Counted from the first letter of the stretch, positions 1 through 10,058 are shown. The stretch is 64,000 bases of DNA from Anaerohalosphaeraceae bacterium (GCA_963675525.2 CAXXSL010000016.1:1-64000), one strand, 5' to 3'. Notes: generated from the sequence alone by a model not told the origin. A program made the numbers and translations.

Positions 1-1228
1 GGCCGCAATGGAGTTCGCAACCGTATTCGCCGCCAGATACGCTGTCGCCTGCCCCTTCGGCGCCAGTTTTAAAGCAATATTGCCGCTGGCCAGTGACACG
101 CCCGCTGATGCCACACCCATCAGCACATGAATGACTATCAGCAGCGGAATCGTCAGAAAATACGTTTCCGGCATGGTCGTGAACGTCCAGCCGAAAATCG
201 CCAGCAGCATCATCGGCCCGCAAACCCGCAGCACCGATTTATTGCTGAAGCGGTCGGTGAAAGCTGCCCCACAGCCGTAAAAAAAGGAAATTCATCACCT
301 GGCTCAAAATCGACAACCCGATAATGTACGGACATACTCAAGCCCGAGCCGCTTGAGCATATACACCATGAAAAACGGACCCAGCCAAGATTGGCACTGA
401 AAAATTCCAGGAACACATAAACGCAATCAACTTGCGGAAATTCTCATCACGAAACGGACGACTCAGAATTTTCATCAGAGCTTTTCATGCTCGGAACCGG
501 CACCATTTTGAGTTTCGGGCACCTTTGGCCAGGCAAAAAACTCCGAACGGCTCCGAATATGCAAACCCAAAGACAAACAGCAGTGAATAGCCCTGCGTTA
601 AATGGTTTGGAAAGGTCGTTTTTCCAGATATCCAGATACGCCTGCCCCCAGAACAGGCTCAGACACAATCCCCGCCACGGTGGCCCACCGCATCCGTTTG
701 GAGAAATAGGTGCCCATGATCGACTCCGGCACGAAATCCCGCATCCAGGAATTCCAACTGCACCCGCCAATAGCTCCCAGGGCGGAATTAAGAATGCCAG
801 AAGCACCACCAGCATGGCAACCGCAGATGCTTCGGGGCCGACTAAAGAAGGGCAGAAATCGCAATTATTATAAAGCATAAACGGCTGATCAGGGCTGCAA
901 TAACGGTAATGGCCCGACGATTCCGGATCTTTTCGACCAGCAGAATCCCCGGAAGCTGGAGCAACTGGCTTAACGGGCCAATCGCCGCCAGCAGACCAAT
1001 CACAAAATTGCTGGCTCCCAACTGAATTGCAAACGCCGTCAAAAACGCTCCCGCCGTCAACGTCCCCATCGATTGCGACATGACACCGTCCAGCGTCAGG
1101 TATCGCAAGCCCCAACCGGACTTCCTCGATCTGTCAGATTGTCTTTTGATCTCGAACATGGCCATTTTCCCCGACTTCCTTCCCGTTTGCTTTTTCATTG
1201 TATAATCGCGCATGAATTGAGCTTTCAA
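1..1228 (-). pseudogene. MFS transporter, multiply frameshifted, runs off the window start
   Basis: Hydrophobic MFS-like segments are spread over several frames: 'DGVMSQSMGTLTAGAFLTAFAIQLGASNFVIGLLAAIGPLSQLLQLPG' (842..1228), 'GAIGGCSWNSWMRDFVPESIMGTYFSKR' (598..864) and 'TDRFSNKSVLRVCGP...ASGNIALKLAPKGQATAYLA' near the window start. May be sequencing indels rather than a true pseudogene. Confidence 0.75.
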
Positions 1229-1352
1229 TCAAAGAATCCGAAAAAGAATTCCAAGAAAGTTTAGATTTTTCCTGTAAGAAAAATGTGCCAATAGCGACGT
1301 CTCTATGAGTATGACGGTGGCATGATTCAGAGGAAATCTTGAGAGGTAAACA

Positions 1353-1909
1353 TTGGCAGATTGGAAATCGACAATTAATTGAGCAGCAGGGTCAGCGTGT
1401 CTGGACCATTGTCTACCGGCTGGTGGGCAATGAAGCGGATGCGAATCGGACTGTTTTCAGGAGGTCTTTCGTGACCGCGGTACAAGGCGTCCCGTAAAGC
1501 AGACAATCCGGAATATGCCGAAGGGTTTTTGAGCCTGATCGCGACCCAGCGTGCCATCGACCTGCTTCGGCGGCGAAAACGCAACGCTTCAGGCTTCACA
1601 TACCACCACGGTGGATTGTGACAGCACTGGAAAGCATTCGGCGTTAACACGCCGCCGACCGCAGGACTGCAGTCGTCGGAACTTGGCAGAGCAGCTTCGA
1701 GCGATGCACTGTCGAACATTCCGACACAAGAAGCAACGAGCGTTTTCTGCCTTCAGACATTTAACGAATTCAGCTACCGTCAAATTGCTGAAGAAATGAA
1801 GTTAAATGAAAACCATGTTGGCGTGCTCATTAACCGGGCACGCGGAAAACTTCAGGATCTCCTGAAAAGTACTGCCGTCGAATATGACCGTGAGGTAGCC
1901 CATGAATAA
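1353..1909 (+). pseudogene. ECF sigma-70 factor (pair 1), frameshifted
   Basis: Not in the ORF track. TTG after GAGAGG; region-2-like 'EQQGQRVWTIVYRLVGNEADA..DCFQEVF' and region-4-like 'IAEEMKLNENHVGVLINRARGKLQDLL' lie in different frames. Stop overlaps the ATG at 1902. Confidence 0.8.
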
Positions 1910-3254
1910 AGAACAGAATAATTTAGATAAATTCGTCAATGCGTTTTCTGAATGCACCGTTCCTCAGGGTCCATCGGATGACCTGGTCCGGCAAACACTG
2001 GAACAGATCGAACAGACAAAATACAAAACCAATCCATTACTGGAAAGGATATTTACAATGAAACCAATTACCAAAATAGCCGCAGCGGCGATCATTATTA
2101 TCGGCATCTCAGCCGTATTTCTTTTCCCTACCGGCGGACAAAGCATCGCACTGGCCGCCGTGTATGACAAAGTCCTGCAAACACAAGCCTTCATGTATAA
2201 AATGTCCATGACCGTGACTGGCATGGGCGAAATGACCGGCATGCCGGAAATGGATGGAACCATGGAAATGGATATAACCATTACGGTGTCCGAAGACTAC
2301 GGCATGAAAATAGAAAATCACATGACAACACCGGGACCTGAAGGAAAAACGAAAAATGTGACCCAGTTGGCCTTTCTGTCGCCGAAAGAAAAGGTCATGG
2401 TATCCATCATCCCCGAACAGAAAATGTATCAGACGATTGAGTTCACCGATGATTTATGGGAACAGACTAAAAAGCAGAATAACGACCCCCGTGAAATGAT
2501 CAAGCAGATGCTGGAATGCGACTACACTGAATTGGAGCAGACAGAGCAGAGAGAAATAAACGGGGTGAAAGTCCAGGGCTTCCAAACTTCGGATCCGGCG
2601 ATTTCCGGCGGCGTAAGCGATGACTGCACAGCCACGCTTTGGGTAGATGTTGAGACGTGGCTGCCCGTCAAATACGAGATGACCATGAAAATGGGCGAAA
2701 ATGCCGAAGCTCACTGCGTGATCGATCTGTTCGAGTGGGATGTTCCGGTCAGCGCCGCTGATTTCGAATATACCATCCCGGAAGGTTACAAGGAATTCGG
2801 CAGCATGAAGATGCCTGAAATGACGCCCGAGGCGGCCATCGAGGGGATTAGAACGTACCTGCAATTTTTCGGGGAATATCCGGAAAAGCTCGACCTGATG
2901 TCGCTGATGGCATCGTTCAAAAAACTCGAGGAGAAGGAGACTGAATTCGCCAAAGCATTCCGTGAAAAGATGGAAGCGGCTGGCGATGACCAGGCGGCCA
3001 TGCAGGGATTCATGCAGGAATTTATGCAGCCGATCCAGTCGTTAGGAATGTTCTATATGCAGTTGATACAGCAAAAGAAAGACCCGGCCTATTACGGCGA
3101 CCAGGCGACTCCGGACGATATCGACGCCGTCCTGATGCGATGGAAAAATGATGAAGGCACCTACACGGTGATTTTCGGCGACCTCTCGACCGGCGAAATG
3201 GAATATAAAGACCTGATCAAAATCGAACCACAGGTCGAAGAAACGGCCCCATAG
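1902..3254 (+). CDS. Membrane-anchored anti-sigma/sensor protein (pair 1) with LolA-like extracytoplasmic domain
   Basis: About 52-aa cytoplasmic N-terminus, TM 'IAAAAIIIIGISAVFLF', 'TLWVDVETWLPVK...FEWDVPVSAADFEYTIPEGY' LolA/DUF2092-like pattern; coupled to the ECF gene. Confidence 0.75.
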   Translation: MNKEQNNLDKFVNAFSECTVPQGPSDDLVRQTLEQIEQTKYKTNPLLERIFTMKPITKIAAAAIIIIGISAVFLFPTGGQSIALAAVYDKVLQTQAFMYKMSMTVTGMGEMTGMPEMDGTMEMDITITVSEDYGMKIENHMTTPGPEGKTKNVTQLAFLSPKEKVMVSIIPEQKMYQTIEFTDDLWEQTKKQNNDPREMIKQMLECDYTELEQTEQREINGVKVQGFQTSDPAISGGVSDDCTATLWVDVETWLPVKYEMTMKMGENAEAHCVIDLFEWDVPVSAADFEYTIPEGYKEFGSMKMPEMTPEAAIEGIRTYLQFFGEYPEKLDLMSLMASFKKLEEKETEFAKAFREKMEAAGDDQAAMQGFMQEFMQPIQSLGMFYMQLIQQKKDPAYYGDQATPDDIDAVLMRWKNDEGTYTVIFGDLSTGEMEYKDLIKIEPQVEETAP

Positions 3255-3277
3255 TCTAAAACGCCATAGAAACCTTC

Positions 3278-3313
3278 AAGCCCGGTTTGCTCCCGCAACC
3301 CGGGCTTTTTTTT
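3278..3313 (+). terminator. Rho-independent terminator
   Basis: AAGCCCGG...CCGGGCTT stem followed by a T-run. Confidence 0.85.
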
Positions 3314-3405
3314 ATCCTGTCTTGTTTTTTAAAATTTTCTTAGACGAAAAAACGCCCGTCATCCGTTATATAGACAGAACAGGTATTTTTGAAGGGATTT
3401 CGGCG

Positions 3406-3993
3406 ATGCTGGATGAAAAACAGCTTATCAAACAGTTCAACCAGGGCAGCAAAGACGCTCTTTGTCAAATATATCAGCGATACAAAAACGACCTGTACGG
3501 GTTTGCGATGTCCCTGCTGCACGATGTCCAGACGGCCGAAGATGTCGTGCATGATGTTTTCGTCAGTTTTGCACAAAAAAGCGGCCATTACACCTTAAAG
3601 GGAAAATTGCGTAACTACTTATTGGCCAGCGTGGCCAATCGGTCCCACGATCTCTGGCGGCAAAAATCACGAAAAGAACGGCCGCTGGATGAGACGGTTG
3701 CCATGCCGACAACGCAATACTCCCCGGAACAATACAGGATACTGACGGAAGAATACACACTCCTGCAGAAAATCCTGTCAAAAATCCCGTACGAGCAGCG
3801 CCAGATCATCCTCCTGCATTTGCACCAAGATCTGACGTTTCGCGAGGTCGCCTGTACGCTGGGCATTTCAATTAATACCGTTCAAAGTCGATATCGATAT
3901 GGTTTGGAAAAGTTAAGTACATTGTTGAAAGAAGGTACCAAAAATGAATCCGTACAAACAAACAGAGGACTGGATTCGGCAAACCCGGCCTGA
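3406..3993 (+). CDS. ECF sigma-70 factor (pair 2)
   Basis: 'AEDVVHDVFVSF' region 2 and 'LTFREVACTLGISINTVQSRYRYGLEKL' region 4. ATG 3406 preferred over the ORF-track start 3322. Confidence 0.93.
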   Translation: MLDEKQLIKQFNQGSKDALCQIYQRYKNDLYGFAMSLLHDVQTAEDVVHDVFVSFAQKSGHYTLKGKLRNYLLASVANRSHDLWRQKSRKERPLDETVAMPTTQYSPEQYRILTEEYTLLQKILSKIPYEQRQIILLHLHQDLTFREVACTLGISINTVQSRYRYGLEKLSTLLKEGTKNESVQTNRGLDSANPA

Positions 3994-4822
3994 CATTGAG
4001 ACACCCGCCTCAATGGATTCCCGTATCCTGATGGATTCCTACGCGGCCATGACATCTCCTTCGTCTGGCCCGGTCCATTCCGATCCACAAAGTCTAAGGA
4101 GAATCTTTATGAAAACCCCATTCAAACTAACCGCCGCCGCTATCGGGATCATTGCAGTGTCCGCGGTCTTTCTCTTCCCCACCAATGCCGGGAGCATTGC
4201 CCTGGCGGACGTGTACAGTAAGGTCCAGCAGGTCCAGACCTATATCTACAACATATCCATGACCATGGCCGTCAGTAAGACCGAAGGTGCACCCCCTCAA
4301 AACATGGAAATGGAAACGGCCGTTACTGTCTCGACTGAATACGGTGTGAAAATGGAAAACACCATGCATCGACTTGACCAGGATAAGATAACGACGCAGC
4401 AGATGTATATTATTCCCGGTGAAAAAAAGATGGCCGTGATCATGCCCGCTGAAAAATCATACACGACCACGGAGCTTTCTGACGATCAGATGGAAGAGTT
4501 TAAAAAACAGAACCACGACCCACGGCAAGTGATCGAGCAAATGCTGAATGGCCAATACACGGATCTCGGTTTTTCCAAAATCGATGGGGTCAAGGTTCAG
4601 GGCTTCCAGTCACAGACCGGCGATGACGCTGGAAACCTCACCACGATCCTGTGGGTGGACGTTGACACATGGCTGCCCATAAGACTTGAGATAACACTAA
4701 CGATGGAGAAAAAAATGGAAAGCCATTTTGTCATCGACCAGTTCCAGTGGAATGTACCAGTTACGGCCGCCGATTTTAAATACACCATTCCGGACGACTA
4801 CACAGATACGACACAGCCGTAA
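3944..4822 (+). CDS. Membrane-anchored anti-sigma/sensor protein (pair 2), shorter paralog
   Basis: Paralog of 1902..3254 (SIALADVY, EYGVKMEN, ILWVDVDTWLP); stops after the LolA-like domain. Confidence 0.75.
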   Translation: MNPYKQTEDWIRQTRPDIETPASMDSRILMDSYAAMTSPSSGPVHSDPQSLRRIFMKTPFKLTAAAIGIIAVSAVFLFPTNAGSIALADVYSKVQQVQTYIYNISMTMAVSKTEGAPPQNMEMETAVTVSTEYGVKMENTMHRLDQDKITTQQMYIIPGEKKMAVIMPAEKSYTTTELSDDQMEEFKKQNHDPRQVIEQMLNGQYTDLGFSKIDGVKVQGFQSQTGDDAGNLTTILWVDVDTWLPIRLEITLTMEKKMESHFVIDQFQWNVPVTAADFKYTIPDDYTDTTQP

Positions 4823-4843
4823 GGCAAATAAAACTCGTCCCTT

Positions 4844-4878
4844 AAGCCCGGTTTATGAAAATATTCCGGGCTTTTTTT
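4844..4878 (+). terminator. Rho-independent terminator
   Basis: AAGCCCGG...CCGGGCTT + T-run, same stem as 3278. Confidence 0.85.
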
Positions 4879-4956
4879 GTTTTTTTGTCGCATTTTACAC
4901 CCTCTGCCCCTCTATAATATTGAAAAGTAGGTAATCGTGTCAAATACCGGAGGCCT

Positions 4957-5487
4957 TTGGTGACACAATCGGATGCCCAGTTAGTACAGGAAACGTTAGC
5001 CGGAAACAAACAGGCGTTTGCCTTGTTGGTACGGCGGTATGAGCGACCCGTCCGCGCGACGGCCACCCATGTCGTCAAATCAACACACGCCGCCGATGAC
5101 ATCGCACAGGAAGCGTTCGTGCGAGCCTGGCAACAGTTGCCGAAATTGCGGAATCCGAACGTCTTTGGGCCGTGGCTGATGACCATTACCCGTCGATGCG
5201 CACTGGAAAGTGTCTGTCAAAAACAGGTCATCAATTACACAGACAATCTCGATCATAGGGTCGCCCATGAAAGGAACGGCCAGCTTGACGAGAAAAACCA
5301 ACATCTACTGGAAACAATCCAGAAGCTGCCCAAAGCCGAACGGCAGGTCATCATGCTCCGCTATTTTGGACAACATACTGTCAGAGATCTGGCAGCCATT
5401 GCAGGCCGCAGCGTCGGAACAGTAACCAAGCAGCTTTCACGAGCACACAAACGCCTGAAAAGTCGATTACAGGAGTCAGAAAAATGA
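4957..5487 (+). CDS. ECF sigma-70 factor (pair 3)
   Basis: 'SDAQLV...AFALLVRRY...ADDIAQEAFVRAWQQL...FGPWL' and 'RSVGTVTKQLSRAHKRLK'. Confidence 0.93.
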   Translation: MVTQSDAQLVQETLAGNKQAFALLVRRYERPVRATATHVVKSTHAADDIAQEAFVRAWQQLPKLRNPNVFGPWLMTITRRCALESVCQKQVINYTDNLDHRVAHERNGQLDEKNQHLLETIQKLPKAERQVIMLRYFGQHTVRDLAAIAGRSVGTVTKQLSRAHKRLKSRLQESEK

Positions 5488-7205
5488 AACCGGACAAACA
5501 CATAGAGCAAAAGCTTGAAGCATTAGCCGAAACCATCGGCTCCCGGAACTCCTTTGTCGATGACGTCATGAGCAAAATCGAAAGCTCCCCTGTACAACCT
5601 GGCAAAAAAACAGAAACAGGAAACATTGTACTCAGGAGAATTAAAATGAAATCTATCAGCAAATTTGCCGCAGCGGCAATCATCATGATCGGTGTCTCGG
5701 CAGTATTTCTTTTCAACTTCGGCCCCGGCAGTATTGCGCTGGCCGATGTCTATTCAAAGGTTCAGCAAGTTCAGGCTTTTGCGTATAAAATAACCATAAA
5801 AGCCAGTGGAAATATCAATGAAAGCATGCCGCCGGGCGAATCAGAGACTAACACCGCTGTGACTGTCTCTAAAGAATACGGTATGAAAATGGAACAAACA
5901 ACCCACATGATCGAGCAGAACAAAAGCCTCCATCAGCAGATTTTCCTGATTTCCGCTGAGAAGAAAATAGTCTCGATCGATCCGGCGATGAAAATATATC
6001 AGGACATCGAGCTAAGTGAGGGTTTGTTTGAACGCCTGAAAAAAGAATACTGTGAGCCCCGAGAAATGATCAAACAAATGCTCGCTTGCGATTATACAGA
6101 TCTGGGTCGTTCGGAAATCGACGGGATTACCGTACAGGGATTTGAAACGACAGATCCGGCTTATTCAGCCGGCGTCTTCGGCCAAAGAGCCGTTACAACA
6201 CTTTGGGTCGATGTCGATACATGGCTGCCTGTCAAGTCTAAAATGGATATCCAGGGCAACTCCGATACAGCAGAGGCTTCCATCGTCATTGACAGCTTTG
6301 AATGGAATATTCCGGCACGAGCCGATGACTTCCAGCCTGTCATCCCGGATAGTTTCACAAAAATGGGCAGCATGATGCTTCCTGAAATGAATGAAAACAC
6401 AGCGATCGAGGGATTGCGATTGTTCGCTGATTTAACCGGTGAATATCCCGGCAAGATCGATTTGTTGACGCTGGCACAGAAAGCCAATCTGTTCATCTTC
6501 AGGAAAGAGCAAGTAGCCCAACGCATGCAGGAGTTCCGTCAATCCGGTCTCTCGGTCGAGGACGTAATGTCGAACATTATGCAGGAATTTTATGCTCCGA
6601 TTCATGCACTGGGAATGTACCATATGACGCTTGTTCAGGACAAGAAAGACCCGGCGTATTTCGGAAACCAGGTAACTCCGCAGGATACCGATGCGGTTCT
6701 GATGCGATGGAAAATAGAAGGGAATACCTATCAGGTAATATTTGGGGATTTAAACACAACTGAGATGCCGTACGAAGAGCTCATTCAGATCGAGCCGGAA
6801 ATCAAGGTTGAGCAAGAAACGCAAGCTCAAGTGATTATCCCTGACCTTAGCAAGACCTATAGTAAAGCACAACTAAGACAACTCACTTACGACTCGATGA
6901 GTAACGTTAAGAAAATGCTGATGGCCTGCTGGGGATATTCTCAAAAACACGGCGGCCAATGGCCGGAGAAGCTGCAGGATTTGGTTTCCGACGGTCTCGA
7001 TCCAGGTATGCTGATCAATCCGCTGCTGCCTGACAGTGACAATGGCTACATTTACTTGAAACCCCCGTCAACCCGCTCTTCACAGACAGTGGTTATCTAT
7101 GAGGCTTATCACAAATGGGACAGGGGCATCAATGTCGGCTTCTATGACGGACATGTCGAATTCATCCGGGATGAAGCGGATTTCAAGAATAAGTTGTCTC
7201 AATAA
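5484..7205 (+). CDS. Membrane-anchored anti-sigma/sensor protein (pair 3) with extra C-terminal H-X9-DG (DUF1559-like) domain
   Basis: Paralog of the other two sensors; tail 'SMSNVKKMLMACWGYSQKHGGQWP...HKWDRGINVGFYDGHVE'; ATGA overlap with the ECF gene. Confidence 0.75.
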   Translation: MKPDKHIEQKLEALAETIGSRNSFVDDVMSKIESSPVQPGKKTETGNIVLRRIKMKSISKFAAAAIIMIGVSAVFLFNFGPGSIALADVYSKVQQVQAFAYKITIKASGNINESMPPGESETNTAVTVSKEYGMKMEQTTHMIEQNKSLHQQIFLISAEKKIVSIDPAMKIYQDIELSEGLFERLKKEYCEPREMIKQMLACDYTDLGRSEIDGITVQGFETTDPAYSAGVFGQRAVTTLWVDVDTWLPVKSKMDIQGNSDTAEASIVIDSFEWNIPARADDFQPVIPDSFTKMGSMMLPEMNENTAIEGLRLFADLTGEYPGKIDLLTLAQKANLFIFRKEQVAQRMQEFRQSGLSVEDVMSNIMQEFYAPIHALGMYHMTLVQDKKDPAYFGNQVTPQDTDAVLMRWKIEGNTYQVIFGDLNTTEMPYEELIQIEPEIKVEQETQAQVIIPDLSKTYSKAQLRQLTYDSMSNVKKMLMACWGYSQKHGGQWPEKLQDLVSDGLDPGMLINPLLPDSDNGYIYLKPPSTRSSQTVVIYEAYHKWDRGINVGFYDGHVEFIRDEADFKNKLSQ

Positions 7206-7235
7206 AAACTGAAACAGCACTACTTTAATCACCCT

Positions 7236-7265
7236 AAGCCGGGCCTTGCATGTCCGGCTTTTTTT
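7236..7265 (+). terminator. Rho-independent terminator
   Basis: AAGCCGG...CCGGCTT + T-run between convergent genes. Confidence 0.8.
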
Positions 7266-7878
7266 ATGGGTTCGGGTTAATATTTAATTCGGCCAAGATC
7301 CGCTGGACCCGTTCCATCGGCAAGCCCATCACATTCGTAAACGAACCCTCGAGGTGGTCGACGAATTCGTCACCGGTTTCCTGTATCCCATAAGCCCCCG
7401 CCTTACCCTGCCAGTCGCCCTTTCGAATATGTTCGGCAATTTGCTCTTCGGTCAGTTGCCGCGGATACACAATCGTCGTATCGGCTTCGACGATCTCAAT
7501 ATTTTTATCAACACACACCAGCGCAACACCCGTAATCACCTTATGCGGCCTGCTGAACAATTTTCGCGTGATTTCCTCCGCATGCGCCGCATCGTCCGGC
7601 TTGCCGATAATCTCCCCATCCAGATCAACCACCGTATCGGCCCCCATCACAACCGCGGACGGAAACTTCGCCGCCACATCCTTGGCCTTCGCCATCGCCA
7701 AAATCTTCGTATGTTCTTCAGATGGTACACTATCCGTACTAAAGGCCGCTTCGTCAACATTGGAGGGAATAATATCAAACCGATAACCCGCTTGTTCAAG
7801 CAAGTGTTTTCGTCGCGGCGACGCCGACGCCAAGATAAATTCTGACCTGCGAATTTCTTCCATATCACCAAAAACCAT
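7264..7878 (-). CDS. maf: Maf family nucleoside triphosphate pyrophosphatase
   Basis: 'ILASASPRR', 'GADTVV', 'GKP', 'KAGAYGIQ', 'NVMGLP' motifs; start may be ATG 7863. Confidence 0.95.
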   Translation of the reverse strand: MVFGDMEEIRRSEFILASASPRRKHLLEQAGYRFDIIPSNVDEAAFSTDSVPSEEHTKILAMAKAKDVAAKFPSAVVMGADTVVDLDGEIIGKPDDAAHAEEITRKLFSRPHKVITGVALVCVDKNIEIVEADTTIVYPRQLTEEQIAEHIRKGDWQGKAGAYGIQETGDEFVDHLEGSFTNVMGLPMERVQRILAELNINPNP

Positions 7879-8985
7879 TTATTTTGCCAAAAAACCGGAG
7901 AGATTAAACTCAACCGGCAGCCCCTTATTCGGTTCAATCAAAAAATTCTCTACACGGTAGGACAACGTAACGGCATCAACATCTTTTGGCACCTTGACCT
8001 TGACAATAATCTCCGAACGGGCAGGTACGATAATCATCTCCGGCCCAAACTCACCACTTTTTTTCAATTCCAGGTCAATTAACCCGTTATTTGTTAACTC
8101 AAAGAATACCGTACCATTTTTAACATAATAGGATTTCAACACCTTGACACAACGGTCAAAAAGCGGCTTGAGATATTCCATCCGGCCAACCAATCGATTT
8201 TCAAGCCAAACCGCCGTTCGGCCGGACTGCAGAGCTTCATGAATCGACGCAACAGTACGCTCTTTTGCGAAAACCAGCGTCAATGTCCGATGCTTTTTCG
8301 CGGTATACTGATAATCAATAGACGGATCATGAATATCCGAATTCCCCAGCATCGTCAGGTTCTTCGTCAGGCACCATTCATGCGCTTTGGGATAATAAGC
8401 TGAACCATTAGCCACTTCAATGCCATGCAGCCACTTTTTTTCATACAGGGTTGTCTGCACATCCAGCCATTGCCCTCGTTCCTGACCTTTCCATGTATGA
8501 TGGTTCCAGAACACAAATGCCTTTTGCTCATTTGCTTTTTCGATAACATCCAAAAACTCCGGCACAGCGAGCAAATCGATGTCATCCAGAAACAGGGTAT
8601 TATAATGTCCCGGCGGTGTGTCGCGTGTTATTTCGGCAGCCTTGATCAGCAGAACATTCTTTTCCCTGGCCCTTTCCTCAGCAATCGCAAAGGGGCGATT
8701 ATGATTCGTCGGGATATCTTCTTTATGAGGTTGATATTCAATGTGATCACTCAATGCGATGGCGTCCAGCCCCTCTCTTTTCGCTTCATCGACTCTCACC
8801 GTAGGCCAAACCAATCCATCTGAAAAAACCGTATGCGTATGAAAATCACACACCAGCGTGCGGTAACCGGGAATATCCGGAAAATAATCCTGACCGAAAC
8901 CAAATACCGTAAAGCAAAGAAACATCAAAAAATAAATCTCAATTTTGCGGGCCTTCATAACATTCCTTTCCATGATGGGCTGCAA
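7879..8985 (-). CDS. Secreted PHP-family phosphoesterase
   Basis: Signal peptide, 'CDFHTHTVFSDG', 'ALSDH', 'GNSDIH' PHP metal motifs. Confidence 0.88.
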   Translation of the reverse strand: MQPIMERNVMKARKIEIYFLMFLCFTVFGFGQDYFPDIPGYRTLVCDFHTHTVFSDGLVWPTVRVDEAKREGLDAIALSDHIEYQPHKEDIPTNHNRPFAIAEERAREKNVLLIKAAEITRDTPPGHYNTLFLDDIDLLAVPEFLDVIEKANEQKAFVFWNHHTWKGQERGQWLDVQTTLYEKKWLHGIEVANGSAYYPKAHEWCLTKNLTMLGNSDIHDPSIDYQYTAKKHRTLTLVFAKERTVASIHEALQSGRTAVWLENRLVGRMEYLKPLFDRCVKVLKSYYVKNGTVFFELTNNGLIDLELKKSGEFGPEMIIVPARSEIIVKVKVPKDVDAVTLSYRVENFLIEPNKGLPVEFNLSGFLAK

Positions 8986-8998
8986 GCAGATTCCCGAG

Positions 8999-10048
8999 TC
9001 ATTTTTTCAGTTGTACCCGATAAACAATTTTAGTGCAAAACGCTCGAAACTCGGCATCCAACTGTTGAATATCCTCATGGATATAATAATCAAACAACGC
9101 GCCTGAAACCCGTGTATTCCATCCAACGGTCAACGGGCGCCTGCGATCCGCCGCCAGTGAGGCATAGTCATCCTGCAGCGGCCAGCTTCCCTCGGCGCCG
9201 CCCAACAGCAGCGCATGATATTTGCGAAGACGGATGCCATAATTGTGCTCCCGCAAAAAACGCACCAGCGCATAATTCTGAGCGTAAAATGCGATTACCG
9301 CTTCATCATTGCCGTACCCGTTAATCACCTGCCCGGGATTCAGCACAATCAATTGATTCAGCGGGATTAAGCGGCCCTTCTGCATCGTCTCTTTCAGCGA
9401 CCCCAGCCGCATCAGGTTCCTGCCCGGTTCAAATACAAATCGTCCCTGCGTATACCGGCAGGTCTCGAACAGCGTCGCGATTCCCTCATCCAGCCAGCTT
9501 GGCAAACGATAGGCAAACAAATGCTGGTTAAACTGGTGCCATCCTTCATGGCCGATCACGGAGAACGTCTGCTTGCGGCCGATGTTGTAGGATACGCAAA
9601 CACCTTTGGCGGTATAAGCCCCCTTTTTGATCTGCATGTAAACCTCGGCATCAGGCCCCATGAACGACTTGGTAAACACCTCCCATTGACCGCGTGTATC
9701 AAACAGGTAAACATCCATCAACTGTTGTAATTGCAGGGGCCTGGGCAGTTGGCTTTCGTAAGCACCGAAAGCCGACTCGACGAATGCCGGAAGCTGCCGC
9801 AGCATCAACGGGTCCAGCAGCGTCGTATAAACTTGGTAATGCTTCGTTTCAATCACAAGCCCCGGCCCGTATGGATTGTCCCAAACCTTGACATCACGAA
9901 CAGACGGCTCATTTCGTACATAATCAGCAAAATGTTCCGGCGTTGTCATTGCGGATCGGGAACCGAGCTTGAGCTTGGTCTCCTGGCAACCCGCCGACAA
10001 CAAAATACAGACTGTCAACAGAACAAGTTTAACACGTCGGGAACTCAT
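8999..10048 (-). CDS. DUF1570-like zinc metallopeptidase lipoprotein
   Basis: Lipobox-like 'LSAGC', 'HEGWHQ' (HEXXH) and 'LPSWLDEGIA'. Start set to ATG 10048 to avoid overlapping the upstream gene. Confidence 0.75.
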   Translation of the reverse strand: MSSRRVKLVLLTVCILLSAGCQETKLKLGSRSAMTTPEHFADYVRNEPSVRDVKVWDNPYGPGLVIETKHYQVYTTLLDPLMLRQLPAFVESAFGAYESQLPRPLQLQQLMDVYLFDTRGQWEVFTKSFMGPDAEVYMQIKKGAYTAKGVCVSYNIGRKQTFSVIGHEGWHQFNQHLFAYRLPSWLDEGIATLFETCRYTQGRFVFEPGRNLMRLGSLKETMQKGRLIPLNQLIVLNPGQVINGYGNDEAVIAFYAQNYALVRFLREHNYGIRLRKYHALLLGGAEGSWPLQDDYASLAADRRRPLTVGWNTRVSGALFDYYIHEDIQQLDAEFRAFCTKIVYRVQLKK

Positions 10049-10058
10049 CACCACACCT

